DNA of 64,000 bases, taken from assembly GCF_000315625.1 (NCBI RefSeq), contig NW_005434451.1, positions 1 to 64,000 on the forward strand. Direction: 5' to 3'. Shown here one piece after another: positions 8,996 through 22,287 of the stretch. The notes beneath the pieces were generated by a model. The model was not told the origin of the DNA and did not search any database. It worked only from the letters and a program-made list of their open reading frames with translations. Numbering within the stretch: position 1 is the stretch's first letter; each line of letters starts with the position of its first letter. This DNA comes from Guillardia theta CCMP2712. Its lineage: Eukaryota; Protista; Cryptophyta. Both the position numbers and the translations under genes were made by a program.

Positions 8996-10173
8996 GTTTT
9001 TAGCTAGTGTATAGAGTGGCCCGTCGGGTCCCCGATGGATGCCGCAGTGCTGTGCTCGGAGTCGGGATATGCCGGTCAGTTATTTTACGCCGGGGGCCGA
9101 GGGTCCGATCGGAAGTCGGAAGGGTTTCACAGCACTTTCAAAATGAACCGAAAGTGTACCGTAAGTATACAAAAACAGTTTTAAGACTTGAAATTGATTT
9201 CAATAAGTGTACCGAAGATTTTCAGTTCTGATGATTGAAATTTAATTTACTTAAAATAAAATTCTGTTTTTTTTATTTAATTTGGAGGTACCGAAAGTGA
9301 TTCAGCATAGCATAAAATGATTTATTTTAGTTCAAAAGCTCCACTTTTAGGACCCTACCACACACCTCCCCCAACTTGTGCACTTCCGAGTCACGTAGTC
9401 ATCGAGTTACATCTGTGAAGATGACCCCTCCTCTTGCGCCACCTGTTGAGGGTATGGATCAGGGTACGGACCCCCCTACCCTCTGAGTCCCGTTGCTTGC
9501 TAAATGGAACACCCACCCACCCACCATCGCTCCTGCCGAATTTCGTACACCCTCGGCTTGGTACATAACCTGCAAAAAGATTACTACCCTACCATTTATC
9601 GGAGCTTCAATAACCCCACCCCCTTTTGCAATTATCTAATACCGGAACAAAGTATGGTAGGGGTATATACCCTGCTAATCAAGTTGACAATGCCTAATGT
9701 TCACTTTTGTCCATCCACCCCTACCATCTAGTCGAATCAGATATCCTATTCCGTACCTGACTTGCCAGTACCCCATGCTTCCGCAAGAGTCGCAGAGTGA
9801 TATCTAGAGGTAGGGTACCTGTTGGAATCCCGAGAATGCCGAGTCGTCGTCTTTCCTCAACATCTTTTTTGAAAACTGTACCACTACCCCTCCATTGAAG
9901 CCCAGTCCTTGATATGGAATGATATCTACCCCTATCAACAGAGATACAAACACATCAATGGGGGGTACATATCCGTGAAATTGAATCACCCACCGTACCA
10001 GAAGAGAGCCATGGATCACGCACCCCCTACCCCCTCCTCAATCATCCGAGCACCTTTCTCTGGTATTTCACTACGTGGACCCAACACGCTCTTCCTGTTC
10101 CACGTTCCGTCGCTCCCCTTGACCCTGAGCAGCCTTGTTGATCGCATCATCGCGCCTTCCTCCTTCTAGCGTC

Positions 10174-11061
10174 ATGCAAGTCTGCTCCCTCCCTCTTCTT
10201 CCCTCCCTGCTGCCACTTGCTGCAGAACTTAAACCTATGAGTATTGCGGACCAACAGCTCTCGGCGATCCAAAATCAAATATCGCAGCTCCAAGCTCAAA
10301 GCTCTGTTCAATTCCTCCAGTCACAGCTGCTACAGCAGGAAAAATGCTCACCTTCACCATGCTCATCCGTTCAAGAGGAAAACTCAGACCCTATAGCTGA
10401 AGCGATCAAGACCTTGAACTCTAGGCCCAATCGATCATCGAGGGAACATAAGAAGTTGACCTTAGCAGAGAAACTTGAAATCATTCGATGCCACGAGACA
10501 AAAATTTTCTCTCAGACGCGCCTGGCTGAGCGTTACGGCAAGAGCAGATCTGCCATATCAAAGCTTTTGCAGCCGGACAATGTGCGAAAGTTGAAAGAGC
10601 TTGCTGGTGCTGGAGTCACGACCAAGATGAAAAGATGCTCCTCGGCCCACCACCCTGAGTTGGAGAGAAAAGTGCACGAGTTTTTCAAGACAGTTGGGCG
10701 TAATGATCCCGCCTGGAGGTTCAAGTTGTGTATGTTCGCTGAAAAGACAGCGATCAATCTGGGAATATCTGGTTTCAAGGCCAATCCTGGATGGTGCTTC
10801 AGATTCCTTCAACGACACGGCTTTGTTTCATCTACAGAAACGCCGGAGGACTGTATGACAGAGAGTTTGGTGAAGCAGGAGGTGGAATCTCAAACCAGCA
10901 CGCCAGATATGGGAGGAGAGTTCAGCGCATTCCAAACCGTGAGGAGCATAGCCCCTCCCAACCTCATCAACTTGAACGCTGGAAACGCTGAGTTGCCGTT
11001 GCTTCCAAGCCTGTCGGCTATACTTCCATTGGTTCTGAATATGCAAAGAAGAATCTCATAG
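10174..11061 (+). CDS. CENP-B/pogo-type double HTH DNA-binding protein lacking a DDE domain
   Basis: KKLTLAEKLEII...SQTRLAERYGKSRSAISKLL (CENP-B N-terminal HTH) and HPELERKV...FKANPGWCFRFLQRHG (Tc5-type HTH). Q-rich N-terminus; the ORF ends before any catalytic domain. Confidence 0.85.
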   Translation: MQVCSLPLLPSLLPLAAELKPMSIADQQLSAIQNQISQLQAQSSVQFLQSQLLQQEKCSPSPCSSVQEENSDPIAEAIKTLNSRPNRSSREHKKLTLAEKLEIIRCHETKIFSQTRLAERYGKSRSAISKLLQPDNVRKLKELAGAGVTTKMKRCSSAHHPELERKVHEFFKTVGRNDPAWRFKLCMFAEKTAINLGISGFKANPGWCFRFLQRHGFVSSTETPEDCMTESLVKQEVESQTSTPDMGGEFSAFQTVRSIAPPNLINLNAGNAELPLLPSLSAILPLVLNMQRRIS

Positions 11062-12223
11062 ACGCGGATACATAACGCGAAAATTTAATTGAGATTGTGC
11101 TATATGTACATCTAAGAACATGAAGTGAATTTAACACTTTCAATCATCACAAATTTCAGTAAAATTGCTTTGCTACTAGATAGTTGTCTATGTAAGAGCG
11201 TCTGCCAACTTCCAACTTGCAATTTGTCAATGGAATTCAGCCTAAGCTCTTTTCAGCTCCTCTGCCAGGCTATCTCTTCGTCGCCCCCCTTCCCCCTCGT
11301 TCCCCTCTACCTCTTCGCCTGCCTCTACATCCTCGTCTCACCTCCTTCCCATTTTAGCCCTTCTCCCTTCCCTCCTCCTCCCTCTCCCCTCCAGGTCTCT
11401 CTGTTCCCAGCTCATAGTCATGTGATTTTCCACTCCAACTCTCCTTCCCTTAATTCCACGCCCCTATCCCATGCTACCCCATCATCCTCCGCTAACCTCA
11501 TGCTGCCCCATCCTGCTTCCTCTCTCTCACTGTTTTCCTGGCTCACTCGCCATCTACATGCGCTCTTGCTCAGAGTCGCGGCCTTTCTCTCCTTTCCTCT
11601 CAGTGAGTCAGTAAAGGCTGTTCCTCATACAGCACCAGCCACTACCCCCCTGCCGAAGAAAAAAGTATCCCAGGTGGTGGGGGGGGGTAGCTGCAGAGGG
11701 CGGGAGCGCATGCATTAATTAGAGGAATGGATCAAGGCGGGAAGAGGGGAGGGGAAATGAGAGAGAAGGGAGGCGGACGAGGTGGATGACGACACATGAG
11801 TGTATGAGGGAGGCATAGACGTTGCAGGCGTTCAGAGTTCTCACTGGTAGAAGGAAAGAGATCAGGAATGTTGGGAAGCAAGAATCAAAGGCCCTGTTCT
11901 AAATGCGAGACAAAGGGCTAGGATCACATATGTTGTTGTGTCGTTGAATACTTGTCTGGCTAGTTGTCTTCTCATCCTTACGTGATAAAGTTTTCACAAA
12001 CCTCAAATGAGCAGGCAGGCTGAAAGGATTGACCAATATGTCGAGAAGTGAAACAAAGGATTAGTTTAAGCGAGAAGATGGAAAAAGCACTTATGCCCTC
12101 ATCTTGATAAGGAGACTATTGTATTTGTGTAGGATGTTTCAGACCATGTTGTATTTATGTATGTTGTTTCAGATCCAGCGGTATTCTTGTGTGTGATCTA
12201 TGATTTTGCATCAGCAGGTTTCC

Positions 12224-15200
12224 ATGGACGCTTCTTGGAGCACGCCTGCATCGTCAGGAATCCGCGTTCCGCGTGCAGACGCGTCAATGTCAGTGGATTT
12301 GGGCACGCCGTATCATAGCTGGCGCGAGGGACAGGAAGCAGATTTGACGTACAGGATCATGAGCAAATCTCCCGCATATTCCCCGTTTCACACCAAAGAC
12401 AATGTGACCGGTATGGAGGAGGATAAAGAGCATCAGGAAGTAGGGGATCAGGCGGCAGATTACTTGGAGGAGGATTGGATGCATCCAGTCGCGGACCTGT
12501 ACAAGTCCACCGCACGAGATCTTGATGCTACCGAGAATCCTTTGCAGGTTGCCCAGCCATTGTCAGAGTTTGTCATGCAGGCGCTCGACTTCCACCTGGC
12601 GCAGATGGAGGGCAAAGACTCCTTGTATTCAGCCATCGGTCGCCTGTTTCTGCTTCTCCACTTCCTCTTCTATGACACGGCAGGATCGTCCTACCTATGG
12701 CCACTTTCGCCTCTGAGAAATGTGCAAACGAAGGCAGCGGGGTTTTCCGAACTTGAGTCAATGCTTTACCCACCATCGTCAATGATCATCGCAGGTGCGT
12801 CAGGAAAAGGATTGAGGAGTTGAGGGTCTTATGAAGAGACATTTGTCGTGACTCTGCTTTTGGTCAGATGACGACAGTTTCGATCCTGCTCTCTGCCACC
12901 TCCGGAGGATTTTGTTCTGGCTCGAAAGCGACTGTGTTGGGATCAAAGAGCTAGAGGAGCAGCTGGATCAGTGGTTTCGTGGGATCAGCGGCATGCGGTC
13001 GGACTCAAAGAAGCTTGAGTTCTCAGAAGAGCTTCTCACCCTTCAGGGCTGCTCCTCTCAATCGGCGCTAATCAGCATGACGTCCATGAGTGAGAATGTT
13101 GCGAGACCACCTGGCCATGACTGAGCTTCTTCTTAGTATTCTGGCACATACGGCGGGGCGAGCTTGTGATGGCACAGGAGAGATGTCGGAAATGCTCCGG
13201 CACCACCGACGCGTACAAGGAGGCAAGTTTGTGAAGTTTGTGCCTGGGCCTTTTGTCCGAAAAATGATCGCGATTATTCAGGGAGGAAAGTTATGGTGGA
13301 AGGCTGCGATGCTCGAGCCATCGGTTTTTTACTTTGAGCCGTCCCAGGTTTACTTTCTCGCTTTGTTTGGCCGACCTCATTGATGCCAATAGATGGCATG
13401 TATGCGAAACTCAAAATATGCCGAATGGCATCAAATCAAATCGTTGGATGACTGCGAAGAGGGATCCATTCAGGTCATAATTCTTGCTTTTTGTTACCTT
13501 CCTGTATGTTGTTTCTTCATCTTCGCATAAATTTCCAAATTCATGTTTGCCTCCCTTTGCTGTTCGGATGACTTGGTCGCAGAGTCTCCAGAACGCTTCA
13601 CAATTTGGCAACGAAAAGATTTCGCCGCAAGCATGGAAACGCTTCAGGAGTGTGTGCCAATCCAAATATCGATCGCTTGCTGTACAAGAGCAACAGGTAA
13701 AGAAACAGCAGAACCTTGATGTTTGTTGTTCATCCTTGTCGTTGCTTGCAGATACGAAGGTCCAAGGACAAGTCGGAATTCATGCTGCATGCGCACGATC
13801 GAGCAATCTTTGCTGTAATGGCTGGAGTTTGGCCTGGGCTGCAGACAGACTTACATGACGGTATGGGAGGGAGAGAGAGAGATGACATGAGACAAGAGCT
13901 ACGAGAAGCCAAGGTGCTTTCAGCAACCTCCCTGCACGGCCAAGCCCTAATCAAAACGACAGATCCTAAGCCGATGGGAGGATGAGCTGTGGTTTGACTT
14001 GCGAAGAATATTTGTTGAACAGGTCAAGAATTCGATCGATTGCTAACGAATTGAATGACGGGGACTCACTGCAGACAAGGAAGCTGCTGGAAGAAGATCA
14101 CAGTGAGTCGATCATGCGGCAGGTCTAGTGGCTCTAGATGTTTGTGCATCATCTTACTCTCAAGGCAGATAAGCGATGCGGTCAGGCAGGCGGGCAATGT
14201 GTCGCAAGAGTACGACGAGTTTGTTTCGCGGACGAGAGAAGGGGACAAACGACATAAGCTGGTCAACACAATCGCTGAGATTCAAAGACAAGTCATCGCC
14301 CTCGATCTTCACGGTCTCTTTGCCGAGCTCGACAAGTTGACAGCGTTGGAATCTCTGGAGCGGCGATCACAGGAAGGCACGTCAAGCTCGCAGATGACAA
14401 GCTTGGCTGCTCATCTCGCCGTCTACTTCAAGACAATGCTCTTCATCCAAGGAGGGCAAACCTTGTCGTCCAAGGGCGCAGATCCTGAGAAAGCCTCATG
14501 GCATGCGGAGCTTGTTGATGTTCTACGAAAGATCGACCTGGTTGGTGGATTTTGATTTGGCTTCATCTGCATGTTCTTAGGTTTTATGGTCTAATGTTGT
14601 CTGCTCAACAGATATTGGAGCGGCACGTGGAAATGCTCATTGCTTGTCAAAGCTGGCAAGAAGTACCTTTGATTCTTTCCGTCACGCTAAACCATCTGGT
14701 AAGAGGAGAATAACAAGAGATGGCTTGCTGAGACGCCTCGCAGGTGTTCCCATGCCGTGCTAGGCCATTTGCAGAAGCATTCAATCGGGTGGTCCAACAA
14801 ATGGCGCAAGAGAATGAAGCCAGAGTTGAGCGCCTGAGCATTCTGGTAGACTTGCTCGACTCTCTGTAATACTCTTATTACTTTGTCAGTTTTTGACCTC
14901 AGTAGAACAAAACGTCTCAGATTCTTCGGTGACAGATGCTGCCACTGTTGACGTTGGAAAATTGATTCGATTTAACAGTCAAGAAGAGATCTAATCAAGC
15001 AGATGGAGTTTTGGTTGGGGAGCGAAAGACTGAAGAAGACTGGAGAGGTGACTTTCTTGTGCTGGCTGTCTTGTGCTCTGAACTATCCAATATGTCTCGT
15101 CTACCTGTTTTTTTCCTTGTACTCCGAGGTTGAGTGTTTGCTCCTAGGAAGTAGCCGGCCAACTTGAAACTGGTTTGGGCCTCGACGTTGGTGAGAGGCT

Positions 15201-17445
15201 GAAAGAGATCTTTCTGCACACAAAGCAAAGTTTCCAAGCGATACACAAGGTGCTGTCGTGGCAGCTCGGGAAGTTTTCTGAACATGGTGGGACATGCCAG
15301 GCGCACGCATTCTTGTTGTCCTACTTTGCCGCAGAGAAGGAGATTGAAGGTTTCGAGGTAGTGCCGACTCGACTGCTGGGCCCTAATACCCACCTGCCAG
15401 GTTCGTCTATTGTCGTCAAGCTGATCGAGCTTGTGGCACCGAGAGAGACTGGGGACGCCACTGACGTGACAGAAGAGCTTGAAGTGATCACGCCTGACAA
15501 TCGATGCAGTATGGACACTTCGGATCTCAAGAGTTTGAAAACTGCAAAGCACAGGCAATTCGAGGGCTTGTTTTGTGTGGCGTGACCGTTTTGTCAGCTT
15601 GTTTCCAACTTCAATCTCCTTGCCGACTACGAGGAAAAAGTTCTCAAGGAAGCCTTTGCGGAGAAGGAGGCAGGAGATAGTTTGCTCTTCGAGTACGAGA
15701 GAGAGCGGTCAAGGAGGACGCAACATGCCTTCTACGTGTATGTGCTCCCGAGCTTTTCGATTCTATTGAGCTTGTTTGCTGCAGTGAAGAGCTGGGAAGG
15801 GAAGTGGCCGCCTGCCTCCCGCGAGGATCCAGTGACTAACCTCTTTCTCCCCGAGCACCTCTGATGCACGCGTGGACAGATCTTGACGTGAGCATCGCAC
15901 ATTCAAGCTTCTCAGCGCGACAGACACAAGTGGCGAGTCACTCGCCTCTCGTAAGAGCAGCCGGCTTGTACTCGAGCTCCTTCCGAAAGGTCTCGATGCG
16001 CAAGAGCGAGTGGCGTGGGAGTGACGTGGAAGAAGTTGCATGAGGTGCTGTCAAGGGTGAAGGAGCAATCCAAAGACATCAGTACCCTGTTTTTCTACGT
16101 CAAGCAGGTGCCTCCTCCTCCTCCTGCCTCCCCTCCCCCCCGTCTCCCCCTCCTACTGTCTTGTCCTCCCCTCCCTCAAAGGCAAATGACTTTTGAGTAG
16201 CTCGCGCGGCTTTGCGTTTGGAGTGCGCTGTCAGACATCTTTGATCAAGAGATCGGGAGGTGACATGGATCAACGACAGTGAGGCCTCTGACTCGCTCGC
16301 AGCTTGCGCTTGTGGGAGTCGAGTCGTGATCGCTTATCACATGTATGAGGAGGACACGCCTGAGGGCGAACGTGGGGGGAAGAGGAAGAAAGCAGGGAGG
16401 GAGAGGGGGAAGTAGACTAATGATGATGTTGAACAGCGAGAGGTGGAGCGGCTCGATTCGTATGCCTTCGTTCATATGTACAGGTGGAGTTACATGCATG
16501 TCAAGCGAATTCTCAAGATCATCTCGCAGGATTCTTGTTGTGTTGCACTTGCGCCCTGTGTGGACCCAACTGGACGCAATCACGACCAGCGACGAGAAGG
16601 TGTGTCTTGTGTGTGGTTGAATCTCATCGGACTTCACCATTGTCATCTATTCTCACCATGTCTTCTTCGACCGCATTCTCATGGCTTGTCGTCCTCAGGC
16701 GCTGCCTACTTTCAACGAAGTCTTGCAGCCTTTGGTCAACAAGTAGCTGCTCTCGCTTGCCTTGTCTTGCCGCTCTTAACACCGCAGCAGGTTGATCGGG
16801 TATCAAGTGAATGACGAAGGTCTCATCGTCAGCCCGTGGTGAGTCCAACACGAGAGCCTCTCGCTATGACGGGCCGGCAGGTCAAGCTCCTACGTCAAGA
16901 TCTGCGGCCTTCTCAGCCAAGTTCGGCGACAGAACGGCCTTGACGATTCAAGGTAGGAGAAGTAGAAGAGCATTGTCTTGAAGTCCCGCTTTCCAGTCTC
17001 TCACTCTCATCAGATGGAATGCCCTCTGCCTGGGGTTGGCAAATGTCATCGCATCCGAAACTACCGAAGTTTACAAGTGAGAACCCGACTGTGCTTGTCA
17101 GGGTCTTGCCTTTCCTTGCCTTGCCTTGCCTTGCCTTGCCTTTCCTTGCCTTGCCTTGCCTTGCCTTGCCTTGCCTTGCCTTGCCTTGCCTTGCCCTTTT
17201 TGTCTTGTTCTAGCATTTCTGGTAGTTGTGTTCTATGTCCTTTCATTTGGTTGTGCTTTGCTCATGTTCTCTTGTGTTTTTGTGCCTTGTCATGTTTTTG
17301 TCTTTGTGTTGCTTGTATTCGCCCTGCTCGTCTGTTCGCCTCATCTGATTGCGACGGCAGGGACTTGGCAGATGGCTGTCTCGATGCTCTTCTGCGAAAC
17401 GACTGGGCGCTGGCGTCCCTCAATCTCTGGTGTAGCAACGAATGA
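12224..17445 (+). CDS. NUP107: Nucleoporin Nup107/Nup84-like, many exons
   Basis: Exon motifs in Nup107 order: LWWKAAML, HDRAIFAVMAG, RWEDELW (~13972-13992), ILERHVEMLI, GLDV. The last exon (17361-17445) joins in frame across a (CCTTG)n intron. Exon structure not fully resolved. Confidence 0.6.
17105..17196. repeat. (CCTTG)n intronic microsatellite
   Basis: Direct reading. Confidence 0.9.
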
Positions 17446-17620
17446 AGGCAGTCTGAGACGTCTATCTGAATACATCCCGCCGCTGAATCTCCCTTGGTGC
17501 TTGATTTGAGCAGAGCTGATTGCTAGTTTATCGTTCATCTTCAATGTCAGTCCCTTGATTGTCAGCACGATTGCTCTCAGGATTTGTGCACTTCTCAGCT
17601 TCTTACTCATTCTCAGATAC

Positions 17621-20600
17621 TTACTCATTCTCAGCCTCTTCCTCATTCTCAGCTTCTTCCTCATCCTCGGCTTCTTCCTTCTTCTCAGCTTCTTCCTCAT
17701 TCTCAGCTTCTTCCTCATTCTCAGCTGCTGTGATATTATCACCATCCTCTTCATGTTCAGCTTCTTCGTTATCAGCCTCCCCTCCAAGGATTCTGCCGTC
17801 GACTGCGTGTCTGTCGTCTGCTGACTCTTTCTCTGTTGTCTCCTCCTGCTCACTTGCTTGGGCAGCGTCTGTGAGCACTTTCAGCGTTCGAGCAGAGAGT
17901 TCGTGGGAGGGACCGGAGGGTTTACTGGGATCGGCAGGCTGTTTCTCTTTGCCTTTCTTCATCTCCTTGAGCGCTTGTAGTCCCTTGGCACTTGTCAGGG
18001 TCCCCTCAAGGGTTCTTGTACCTCTACCTCTTTAAACCGCTTCGCTTGTGCTCGACTTGTTCTCCGAATCTCATGCCAACTCACACGAGCAGCAACGACT
18101 TCTTCATCACCTTGCTCTTCACCTTGGTCGGTTTCTCCACCACCGGGTAAATGATGTTCTGCGTGTATAAGTCAAGGGCATGCTCGAAGTCAGCTGTGCT
18201 TTCCTTGATGTTCAGATCCCTCGCCCACTGGGTAGGCGTCAGGTTTGCGTCATCTGCTCGAAGTGTCAGGGGTCGAAGGTCAGGCAAGCGTCACCTCGAA
18301 GGTTCTTCTTGGCTTGGTGGTTGACCAAAGAGATCACTACCTCCTCGTGCCCTCCTCGCGCGTCAGACGGACAAGATAGTCAACTGCCTTCACCTTTCTT
18401 GGCGGCCCAATGCAAGGGAGTCTCATTCATCGATCCTTGCTGTGCCAACATGAGCCCTCACTCCCTCCCTCCCTCCCTCCCTCCCTCCCTCCCTNNNNNN
18501 NNNNNNNNNNNNNNNNNNNNNNNNNNNNNNNNNNNNNNNNNNNNNNNNNNNNNNNNNNNNNNNNNNNNNNNNNNNNNNNNNNNNNNNNNNNNNNCCTCCC
18601 TCCCTCCCTCCCTCCCTCCCTCCCTCCCTCCCTCCCTCCCTCCCTCCCTCCCTCCCTCCCTCCCTCCCTCCCTCCCTCACTTTCTCATTCCCTCGCCTCG
18701 CCTGTACCTTGTTGATGTCGCATGAGCAGTTTATGAGCTCTTCCACCACGGCGACGTGACCTGCCAGTCGCGTCGTGAGGGCGCTCTGCGTTCTCTGCTT
18801 GACTACCTCGCTTGGCTGCAAGGAGCAGCGGCGTGTCACCGTAGTTGTCGACCGCGTCCAGGTTAACTTTCCTGGCGCTGAGGGCTCGAACCACTTGAGC
18901 CTTCAACAACGTCACTTGCCCCGCCAGTCTGTCGCTGCTTCACCTCTCCTTCCATCGCCGCCATGTGCAAGGCCGTACGGCCGTCAAAATCTCGAACCCT
19001 CACCTGCCGTGTCTTTAAGACAAGCGACAAGCCACCTTCTGCTCCCTCGCCTTCGCCGAATTCTCCAGCAGCAGCAGCGCGATCTCGATCTCGTGCTTGT
19101 GTATCGCCCACATGAGGGGGGTCCAACTACCAGCGAGGCTGAGCAGAGCAGACGAAAGAGTCGCATCACCCCATGTCATCGACCGCGTTGATGTCGCGCT
19201 TCGACTCGCTGACGCCCGCGAGGATGGAGGAAATCTGCGAGCTCTTAGATCCCCTCCCTCGCTTCCGCTCACTCGCCCGCCCCAGGTCTCCTCGAGCTGC
19301 CAGCGTGTGAATCAAATCGTGCCTGCCATATCAAGGTCACCCAAATTTATCCCATTCTATCTCCTCCCTCGCCTACAAAACTACAAACCACCACCTCTAC
19401 CTTCACCTCTGCCTCTACCTTTACCTCTACCTCTACCTTCACCTCGACCTCGACCTCGACCTCTGCCTCGACCTCGACCTCGGCCTCGACCTCTACTTCC
19501 AACTCCTTTTCTCTTCCTCTTCCTCTTCCTCTTCTCTCTCGCAATCATTATCATCATCATCATCACAACCACAACCACTATCTCCATCATTGCCATGTTC
19601 ATACCGGAAAGCATCAAACTGTTCTGTGCGGGGCTCCACCGTCCGGCTACCTCCCTGGGAAACTTCACAACGAGAGGAGGTAGAGGAACGGTATCACAGC
19701 AGTCTTGTCAAGCATTTCCGCACTCATGTTAGAGAGGAATTTCGTCCAATCTTCTTCGTCTGCAAGCATCCAACATCAATCACCTAACATCATCAACTCA
19801 TACATCACTCGCTCTTGAGTTTTCAAAGGCAATCTGGCGTTCACGTTCTTTTTCTTCTTTCTGTAAGCAGAGGCTTACTGGCTGTGAGGTGAGCAACTGA
19901 GATCGCTCACTTCTTGCAGTCTCTTCTTCTGCTTCTCGCTCAATCCATCAGTCGTCGAGGAGATCTGTGCTTCTGCTGCAGCTGCCTGATGCTTCTGTTG
20001 CGTCTCTGCTTTCTTCTTTCCTGGCTTTGCTGCCGGATGCTGTAGAGCAAGTGAGCGAGGCGGGTCGCTGAGCATGCACACCTTGAGCTTGTCGTTGGGC
20101 GGTGAAATTCCAATCAGGTCGCAGAATTCGTCGAAGTCAATCTCTCCCCCTCCATCCTCATCGGCTGCTTTCAGCAGCTGCTCCACTTCCCCGTCGTTGA
20201 CGTTTCTCCCGAGGGCCTTTAGGGCTGCAAGAAGGCTGACAATCATGCGGGTCAAGTCAGAGCACAAGTCGCCAACCTTGCGACAGCTCAAAGAAGTCGA
20301 TGGAGCCACTCCCATCCGTGTCGAACATATCGAAGATCCTCCGGGCCTCGGCCATCTGCTCTCACAACCCCCGTCACTCTGACGCCTCCCGAACCTCCTC
20401 CTCCTCGTCACAGGATCATCCCGCAGATCGCTGGCCATGATTTGCTTGAACTCTTCGAAGTCGATGCTGCCAGTCTTGTCTTCATCCACCTGTCCCGCCT
20501 CATCTGTCAACCCCATTCGACGAGCAAGTCCAGCACCGAGGCAATCATGTTCTGCAGCTGCGAGTAGCTCATGTTCTTGCCCATGCTCTCCATGATCTTG

Positions 20601-21292
20601 GACAGCTCCTACAAAGCAGACTAGCGTCAGACTGAGAGAAGGGCAACTGTAAACCAGACCTCGATAGTGATTTCTCCAGACTTGTCTTCGTCGAACAGGT
20701 CAAACAGTTCCCGCATCTGATCCGACGTCGCTGAATGAAACCGAGGCAAAGCAAAGAACTTACTTCTTGGTCATTAACCGACAGATTTTGCTGCCAGACA
20801 AGCTTTGATTGGCGGCGAAGCAGGAGAGCGAGCAAGCGACAGACCTGAGAAGATTTCTTCGCTTTCTTCTTCGTGCTCTTCGCATCAATTAGTCACCATT
20901 GACGCTGTCACCTCAAACAGCTACCGGAGGGCTGCGGCTAATGCCCATGAGAGTGCAGAACTCGTTGAAGTCGATCTCATCTGCTTCTCGTTCAGCTCCT
21001 CCAGCATCTCCTTCACTCCACTCACTGCTCCCGTCGTCGTCCACCTGCGCCAGCATCTCGCGGACCTCAGCGTCGGTGAACTTGAAAAGCCCTGTCAGCC
21101 ATTGACGAGGAAACACGCTGCCTCACGTTCTGTCCCATCGCCCTGAGAGCATCTTTCAGCTCCCCCGCGTCGATGCTTCCACTTCCGTCCTTGTCGAACA
21201 GATCGAACGCTCGTCGAGCCTCTGCTAGCGGGTCGAGTGGCATTTCCATGGCTTTCTGCGAGCAACTCGTGAGGTGAGATGAGAGGAAGACG

Positions 21293-21372
<80 letters not shown>

Positions 21373-21605
21373 CGAACTTGTTTCTTGACGATGTGGAGGA
21401 ACTCGTCAAAGTCGATCGATCCGTCACCTGACTCATCGACCTCTGCAAACATTTCTTTCAACTTCTCCTCCTCCATCTTGATCCCCATGGAATCGAAAAG
21501 CTGCTGCAGCTCCTGCAGCTCCAACTGCCCTCCGCCATCCGCATCAAGACTGCAGAAGAGCTGATAAAGCTCGTTCCTCTCCTCGTCTCCTATCTCGGCT
21601 GCCAT
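17621..21605 (-). CDS. Fusion protein: two calmodulin-like modules (8 EF-hands), ankyrin repeats, acidic tail
   Basis: EF loops [94 protein letters not shown]. In-frame linker exons at 19860-19809 and from 19759 lead into ankyrin motifs [43 protein letters not shown]. Confidence 0.78.
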
Positions 21606-22287
21606 CTTCAACCCAACCGCTTCCACCTGTCGTCAGCTGGCAAGATCAGCGCTCCCACTGGTGACAACATGCACAAACTTTCATGCACCATGGAAGTGAG
21701 GTGCAAGTTTGTTGATTGTGAGCTTTGCCAACTCTTACAGTTAATTATCATCAACAACATCGACTTCCATGCGACTATCCTCAACATCATTTTCTGTTCA
21801 TATTTGTACATCCGATGATCTATGTACAGAAGCTTCGACTTCCTCCTCCTCCACTTCAACCCTCCACTACACATCCTGATCATCCTCCTTCCTTCTCCCT
21901 GCTTCTCCCTGACTCGTACTCATATTCAGCACCATATCCTCTTCACTCATTCTGCTGCTGCTCGTTCCAAAGATTCTCCTCATCATCTGATTCTTCTCCC
22001 TCCTTCGCGCCTCTCAGTCCTCATCTCCTCCTCCTTCTGACTCTACTTCTCTCATTCTCTCCTCCTCCCCTCATCCTCGTCCCTTCCTCCCCTCCCTTCC
22101 TCCCCTCCCTTCCTCCCCTCCCTTCCTCCCCTCCCTTCCTCCCTATCTGTTCTCGTACCTCCAGGAGCGGGTAGAAACAAAATCAGGCGAGCTGCTTGTT
22201 GCCAAATCGTGATTTCGATTTGAAAATTCAAAGTTACTCTGAACATTTCAAATATGACAGATAGAGTTTAAAGATCAGATTGACGGC

